Shown: one piece after another, positions 59,720 to 64,000 of the stretch
How positions within the stretch are numbered: the first letter of the stretch is position 1
How the letters are laid out: the number at the start of each line of letters is the position of its first letter
Origin: a virus
DNA: 64,000 nt
Direction: 5' to 3' (one strand)
Virus record (IMG/VR): IMGVR_UViG_3300044617_000796
Span: 1-64,000 of that record
Made by a program: the position numbers and the translations under genes
Notes under the pieces: model-generated
What the model was told of the DNA's origin: nothing
The model's database searches: none
What the model saw: only the letters and a program-made list of their open reading frames with translations

Positions 59720-59941
59720 ATGAAAATTATGGTTACTATCCAAACCCCGACTTGCCCCGAATGCGGGCATTGGGGCGAGATCCAAATGACCCGTGATGAA
59801 TGGGAGTTTGGCAAGACGGCTAGTTGGCAGGGCGAACTCATTCAGAATTGTTTCCCTACCCTTACCCCAGCCCAGCGTGAGCAACTCATGAATGGCTACC
59901 ATTCAGAGTGTTGGGATAAGATGTTTGCGAGTGCAGAATGA
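59720..59941 (+). CDS. Cassette 4 ORF a, putative zinc-binding protein (CxxC...HxxC)
   Basis: GGAGATAGCA-ATG; 'CPECG...IQNCFP.LT..QRE.LMNGYHSECWD'. Confidence 0.75.
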   Translation: MKIMVTIQTPTCPECGHWGEIQMTRDEWEFGKTASWQGELIQNCFPTLTPAQREQLMNGYHSECWDKMFASAE

Positions 59942-60177
59942 GCCCGCAATTACTGGAGACTATCCTCCACGCCGTAGCAGACCTACGGATACCCAAGACT
60001 GACGGGGTAATCATTGAGGCTCTCAAGATACCCCGTGAGATATTCCAGCAAGACGGTGTAGAGTGCCGTAAATACAAGCGGAGTGTTGAGCATCAGATAC
60101 GCACTCACCCCGCTATCAAGCCAGTACTTGTCTGGTGGACAGTACACGGTGACTGCTACTTGACAAGAGCAGACTGA
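59938..60177 (+). CDS. Cassette 4 ORF b, hypothetical
   Basis: ATGA overlap; ends before T4. Confidence 0.62.
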   Translation: MSPQLLETILHAVADLRIPKTDGVIIEALKIPREIFQQDGVECRKYKRSVEHQIRTHPAIKPVLVWWTVHGDCYLTRAD

Positions 60178-60182
60178 AACTT

Positions 60183-60216
60183 CCCCCTCGTGCCTTCGGG
60201 TGCGAGGGGGTTTTTT
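60183..60216 (+). terminator. Intrinsic terminator T4
   Basis: CCCCCTCGTGCC-ttcg-GGTGCGAGGGGG-T6. Confidence 0.9.
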
Positions 60217-60289
60217 CATGTCCAACACCAGTCTTTCCGTATGCCATTGCCCATTGTCTTGAATACACATTCTCATACGAAAAAAAGAA

Positions 60290-60328
60290 TGGTGTACGGA
60301 GCTGCTTCAGCAAAAGCTTTGTGCACCA
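60290..60328 (+). repeat. Cassette hairpin H5
   Basis: TGGTGTACGGAGCT-GCttcaGC-aaa-AGCTTTGTGCACCA. Confidence 0.87.
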
Positions 60329-60356
60329 GCCGAAGGGGTACACACTCTCAACTACA

Positions 60357-60388
60357 TTGAATACACATTTTTCATGATATGTTATGTT
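60357..60388 (+). promoter_or_regulatory. Cassette promoter P5
   Basis: TTGAATACACATTTT...TGtTATGTT. Confidence 0.75.
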
Positions 60389-60435
60389 TATTCATGTCAG
60401 CGATTATCCTAACCCCGCTGGCAAGGAGAAAGCAA

Positions 60436-60693
60436 ATGAAACGAGTACCTAAAGGCTCTGTCAAGGTAATGAAGCGTGGGCGCAGTAAGTTCCATGACCC
60501 GTACCTTGCCAAGTGCGTCAAGGCAGTAAGCAACACTTATGATATTGTTGCAACACAAAGGGCAGTACCGAACACGATAGCCAACAAAAACCGTGTTCGT
60601 TCCCGCATTATGAGCCTTGCAGGAAACAAAAAACTTGGCGTGAATTGGTACGCTGAGGGCAAACTTGTAGTGCCAGTAATCACCAAGAAATAA
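60436..60693 (+). CDS. Cassette 5 ORF, basic protein; probable distant paralogue of cassettes 7/8
   Basis: AAGGAG RBS; 'KRGRSKFHD...RSRI..LA....GVNW..EGKLVV'. Confidence 0.7.
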   Translation: MKRVPKGSVKVMKRGRSKFHDPYLAKCVKAVSNTYDIVATQRAVPNTIANKNRVRSRIMSLAGNKKLGVNWYAEGKLVVPVITKK

Positions 60694-60709
60694 GGTCGCT
60701 TCTCCAGCG

Positions 60710-60743
60710 AACCCCCAAGCCTACGGGCTTGGGGGTTTTTTTT
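60710..60743 (+). terminator. Intrinsic terminator T5
   Basis: AACCCCCAAGCC-tacg-GGCTTGGGGGTT plus T-run. Confidence 0.9.
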
Positions 60744-60813
60744 GTGCCTGAACGCCAGCGCCATAGCAAAGTCATAACCAGTTGGTTGAGCACATGTTCT
60801 CTCTCTTGATATG

Positions 60814-60860
60814 TCGTTGGCGTGCGGATTGGGTTTACCAAACAATTTGAACGACAACGA
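60814..60860 (+). repeat. Cassette hairpin H6 (compensatory apex)
   Basis: TCGTTG.CGT.CGGATTG-GGtttaCC-aaa-CAATTTG.ACG.CAACGA. Confidence 0.82.
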
Positions 60861-60884
60861 AAAGGGTACAGGGTCTCAACGGCA

Positions 60885-60916
60885 TTGAATACACATTTTT
60901 GATGACATGGTATGTT
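60885..60916 (+). promoter_or_regulatory. Cassette promoter P6
   Basis: TTGAATACACATTTT...TGgTATGTT. Confidence 0.75.
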
Positions 60917-60962
60917 TATAGATGTCAAGGACATTCCATACCCCCTTGACAAGGAGATAGCA

Positions 60963-61229
60963 ATGACACACCTACCCGAACACCCAAGAGCACTCACGAT
61001 TGCTCATGAGGATGTTGTCAAAGTTGCCTTGCAACTGAAAGACAACCTCATCACCAGAGGCGAGATGAATGCTCAGATGCTCAGCATTGTGGTTGGCATG
61101 AAAGTTGCCCTGCGCCAAGAGTTCATTGGCGAAGTGCAGGACAAGTTGAGCGACATTGAGCAACTGTTCACAGATGTTCAAGGCTCAATTGAGGAAATGG
61201 ATTACCTCACACTCTTCCAACCAGAGTGA
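60963..61229 (+). CDS. Cassette 6 ORF, acidic helical protein
   Basis: AAGGAGATAGCA-ATG. Confidence 0.72.
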   Translation: MTHLPEHPRALTIAHEDVVKVALQLKDNLITRGEMNAQMLSIVVGMKVALRQEFIGEVQDKLSDIEQLFTDVQGSIEEMDYLTLFQPE

Positions 61230-61244
61230 TTGTTCCTTCCCCCG

Positions 61245-61279
61245 CTCCCCTCGCCTTCGGGCGGGGGGAGTTTTTTTTT
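61245..61279 (+). terminator. Intrinsic terminator T6
   Basis: CTCCCCTCGCC-ttcg-GGCGGGGGGAG plus T-run. Confidence 0.9.
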
Positions 61280-61349
61280 GCCTGAACTCCAACTTTTCCC
61301 ATATGCCATGTCTCTTTGCTTGAGTACACATTCTCACACTGGAAAAAAA

Positions 61350-61392
61350 GCTGGTGGGCGGATCTGCTTTAGCAAAAGATTTGCACTCCAGC
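61350..61392 (+). repeat. Cassette hairpin H7
   Basis: GCTGG...GCGGATCT-GCtttaGC-aaa-AGATTTGC...CCAGC. Confidence 0.85.
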
Positions 61393-61418
61393 CAATGAGG
61401 AAGCGAAACGAAACCAGG

Positions 61419-61450
61419 TTGAATACATATTTTTAGCGTAATGCTATATT
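61419..61450 (+). promoter_or_regulatory. Cassette promoter P7
   Basis: TTGAATACATATTTT...TGcTATATT. Confidence 0.75.
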
Positions 61451-61516
61451 TATCTCATGCCAAAGCGATTAGGCTGAGGCAACACACTGCGGTGTGTATA
61501 ACCAAGGAGATAAGCA

Positions 61517-61828
61517 ATGCCAAAGGTAAACCTAAGCGACCTCAAAGGTCAGTTATCATCTCGTGGGCGAGCCCCGTATGACAACCCTGAACTTGAGGCT
61601 GAAATCAAGAGCCTTGACCCAGCCATTGATGGTGATGCAACCATCTATGAGGGCAGTCAAGGAGACCCATCAAGCGAGGACTACACGAACCACAAAGCAA
61701 TGTGGCGTGGGCGTGCCGAGACAATTGCCGACAAGAACGGCATTGCCATCAGCGTGCAGTGGCTCACCACTGGTCAGATGGTTATCTCGCTTGCCAAGCC
61801 TGCAAAGGGCAAGAGCAAGCGCAAGTAA
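61517..61828 (+). CDS. Cassette 7 ORF, RGR-motif protein (paralogue of cassette 8)
   Basis: AAGGAG RBS; aligns end to end with 62149-62454. Confidence 0.8.
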   Translation: MPKVNLSDLKGQLSSRGRAPYDNPELEAEIKSLDPAIDGDATIYEGSQGDPSSEDYTNHKAMWRGRAETIADKNGIAISVQWLTTGQMVISLAKPAKGKSKRK

Positions 61829-61850
61829 CCGCATCTCCTGCGGTTAGTAT

Positions 61851-61885
61851 AGAACCCCCGTACTTCGGTACGGGGGTTCTTTTTT
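61851..61885 (+). terminator. Intrinsic terminator T7
   Basis: AGAACCCCCGTAC-ttcg-GTACGGGGGTTCT-T5. Confidence 0.9.
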
Positions 61886-61980
61886 GCTGGCGTTCATCCC
61901 GTGCTGAAGCACAATGAACGCCAGCTTTGCGACACATGCCATTCTCTCATTTTTAGTACAGATTCTCAATCCCATTCCCT

Positions 61981-62025
61981 GGCGGGCGTGCGATTGCGCT
62001 TTAGCGATGCAATTGCACACCCGCT
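61981..62025 (+). repeat. Cassette hairpin H8
   Basis: GGCGGG.GTGCGATTGC-GCtttaGC-gat-GCAATTGCAC.CCCGCT. Confidence 0.85.
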
Positions 62026-62050
62026 GTTGGGGTACCAATACGAAACCGAA

Positions 62051-62082
62051 TTGAATACATATTTTCACCATAATGGTATGTT
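62051..62082 (+). promoter_or_regulatory. Cassette promoter P8
   Basis: TTGAATACATATTTT...TGgTATGTT. Confidence 0.75.
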
Positions 62083-62148
62083 TATTTATGTCAAAGGCAA
62101 TACCGCCGAGACACACTCATACCGAGTGTTGAACATGGGAGAATACCT

Positions 62149-62454
62149 ATGGCAAAGATAAACCTCAATGACTTGCAAGGCATGCTGTCCAAGCGTGGGC
62201 GTGAGGCGTTCCACGATGAGACACTACAAGCCGAGATTGTTAGCCTTGACCCAAAGGTTGAGGGTGACGCATTCATTTGGGATGACGCACAGGGTAATCC
62301 AAACGATGAGGATTACACAAACCACAAGGCTAAGTATCGTGGTCGTGTTGAAACCATTGCAGAGCGCAACAATGTCGCTGTGTCCGTTCAATGGACTACA
62401 GACGGGCGTTGCGTAGTCTCACTCGCCAAGCCTGCCAAAGGCAAGCGCAAGTAA
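62149..62454 (+). CDS. Cassette 8 ORF, RGR-motif protein (paralogue of cassette 7)
   Basis: GGGAG RBS; 'EDYTNHKA..RGR.ETIA..N..A.SVQW...G..V.SLAKPAKGK'. Confidence 0.8.
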   Translation: MAKINLNDLQGMLSKRGREAFHDETLQAEIVSLDPKVEGDAFIWDDAQGNPNDEDYTNHKAKYRGRVETIAERNNVAVSVQWTTDGRCVVSLAKPAKGKRK

Positions 62455-62475
62455 CCCTTACCCCGTAAGGCGTGT

Positions 62476-62510
62476 AGAAGCCCCGTACTTCGGTACGGGG
62501 CTTCTTTTTT
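62476..62510 (+). terminator. Intrinsic terminator T8
   Basis: AGAAGCCCCGTAC-ttcg-GTACGGGGCTTCT-T5. Confidence 0.9.
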
Positions 62511-63330
62511 GCTGGTGTTCATCCCGTGCTAAAGCACAATGAACACCAGTTATCAGAAGGCTTATCGTTACCATTTTTAATATACATATTCCTAATCATA
62601 AAGATGGCGGGTGTCCCAAAAAGAAATGCATTTGTTTTTGTACACCCGCAAAATATAATTAATTTATCGCTTAACTTTATTACATATTTCTAATCATAAC
62701 TATAAGATTACATATGGCTTTCAAAATGTATTCCAAAATCTCATAGATAAATACTTATCTAAGGGAGGAAGGTAAAAGTTTACGCACATTTTATTTTTGT
62801 TAATCAAATGGGCTGGGAAAGACTTAGCCTGTCTCTCTACCTATCGCCTCAGATTACATCAGTGTAATCAAACACTTATACTATTCCTAAATCTATGCAT
62901 CAACCCGTCATTATTCTGGGTCATCAATCGGTTATAGTATTACGCCCCTATATAGTCTAAAAGAGGGGGAATATGTTTGTATTATTCTTATAGATACCCA
63001 GTAATAGGGTATTTACATAGGGGAATCTAAATAGATCTCAATATCTGAGCTTTTTTGCCCAATTGTTGACCATTTTGGTAGTATTTCTATTAAAAATATT
63101 ATTAATTAGTGAAAAAAAGACAAAAAAAACACCCAAAAATAAGCTTATTTTAAGCCTATAAATGGGTGTTTTCCTTATGTACTATGTGATATATCAGCTA
63201 TATATTATTGATACATCTATGATATGCCTATGATATGAACTCCTGCTATATAGAATATATCTTATACATATTGGAGCGTGTCTCTCTCATACGCTAATGG
63301 TTTTTGACACTTATTTTCTATCAATTCAAA

Positions 63331-63702
63331 TTAGTTAGAAGTATCTTTATATCTAAATGGAATCACATTATCTGGAAGTTCTGGTTTCCAGTCTGCTGTA
63401 TCATGTCTATGAGGATAGTCTTCACTATCTTCATTCTTTAATCTATTACCATAGGCTGGATGATTGTCTAATATCTCATCAATATCATCAGCCCGCCTTT
63501 TAAAATACTCTTTCATATACCCTAGGGATATGAGAGACATTTCAATTTCAGCTAATCTATTGATATCATCAGTCTCTGGCTTTAGTCTTTCCATAAAGTC
63601 TAGGATATTCTCTACCCCAATCTTTAAAGCAAAGACTTCCATCCAAGAACCCCAATATTCATTTGGTTCATTATCGTCATGGAAATTGTTTTTGTTAGAC
63701 AT
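63331..63702 (-). CDS. Hypothetical acidic protein
   Basis: GGAGAG RBS; overlaps the upstream ORF. Confidence 0.65.
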   Translation of the reverse strand: MSNKNNFHDDNEPNEYWGSWMEVFALKIGVENILDFMERLKPETDDINRLAEIEMSLISLGYMKEYFKRRADDIDEILDNHPAYGNRLKNEDSEDYPHRHDTADWKPELPDNVIPFRYKDTSN

Positions 63703-63901
63703 TACTCTCCATCCTCTCTATTTTAATCTTGAGGTCTAGAAACCTCATTGTTTTTCTATTTATTACTTTATCAAAGAAAACGAGCATCGCTTCATTTTTC
63801 CCATAATCCTTAGATAGATCTTCCATTTTAAACTCTATTTCTTGTATTTCTAAGGCTAGGATGAGCAATTCTTTTTGCATTTCTTCTACCTGGTTAGTCA
63901 T
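63695..63901 (-). CDS. Hypothetical coiled-coil protein
   Basis: 68-aa ORF after AAGGTG. Confidence 0.55.
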   Translation of the reverse strand: MTNQVEEMQKELLILALEIQEIEFKMEDLSKDYGKNEAMLVFFDKVINRKTMRFLDLKIKIERMESNV

Positions 63902-64000
63902 TATTTTTCGTCACCTTCCCGCTTTTTTCCATATATATAAAGAGCTATTCCAATGCCAAAGGTTAGGCTATATACAATAGTCCAACCTACTATTAATGTT

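Larger units (their letters stand above)
57975..62649 (+). repeat. Array of 8 autonomous gene cassettes separated by a fixed-geometry structured repeat
   Basis: Promoter-proximal AATACA(C/T)ATT boxes at 58051, 58635, 59186, 59647, 60360, 60888, 61422, 62054; upstream boxes 98-99 nt earlier; a hairpin between each pair. Confidence 0.92.

Noticed and set aside
58066-62276. Minus-strand ORFs and upstream-extended starts within the cassette array
   Set aside because: They run across terminators and promoter elements; SD-supported + strand starts explain the region better.
57975-62649. CRISPR array
   Set aside because: The repeats are degenerate and composite, the intervening segments are 200-460 bp expressed ORFs, and no cas genes are present.
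57975-62649. Canonical integron attC sites
   Set aside because: There are no consistent RYYYAAC/GTTRRRY ends, folding favours the top strand, the cassettes have their own promoters, and no intI is in the window. Kept only as an analogy.
1-64000. Stop-codon reassignment
   Set aside because: Genes are full length and densely packed under the standard code, and no suppressor tRNA is seen.

Overview
A 64 kb fragment of a large, AT-rich tailed-phage (siphovirus-like) genome. The host is probably actinobacterial; this is inferred from leaderless TGnTAnnnT promoters and an actinobacterial-type ferredoxin. Bases 1-50.1 kb (minus strand) hold the virion/lysis module in this order: glycosyltransferase, class II ribonucleotide reductase, portal, prohead protease/scaffold, major capsid protein, a ~12 kb modular cluster of fibre and glycine-rich genes, a large membrane-anchored surface protein, holins, an M15 endolysin, head-tail genes, major tail protein, chaperones with a probable -1 frameshift, a 4375-aa tape measure protein and tail-tip genes. 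Bases 50.3-57.8 kb hold accessory genes (FkbM methyltransferase, 2OG-Fe(II) oxygenase, ferredoxin, SNase, FmdB, tRNA-Thr, tRNA-Asn). The standout is 57.97-62.65 kb, a tandem array of 8 self-contained small-gene cassettes. The cassettes are separated by a non-coding element whose sequence diverges but whose geometry is essentially invariant: terminator / CACCA-31 nt-AATACACATT box / 39-nt G.T-rich bulged hairpin with compensatory changes / 31 nt / second AATACACATT box / extended -10 promoter / 5' leader stem-loop / RBS. No terminase, integrase, reverse transcriptase or cas gene is visible. All product calls come from motif recognition and synteny only; no searches were run.
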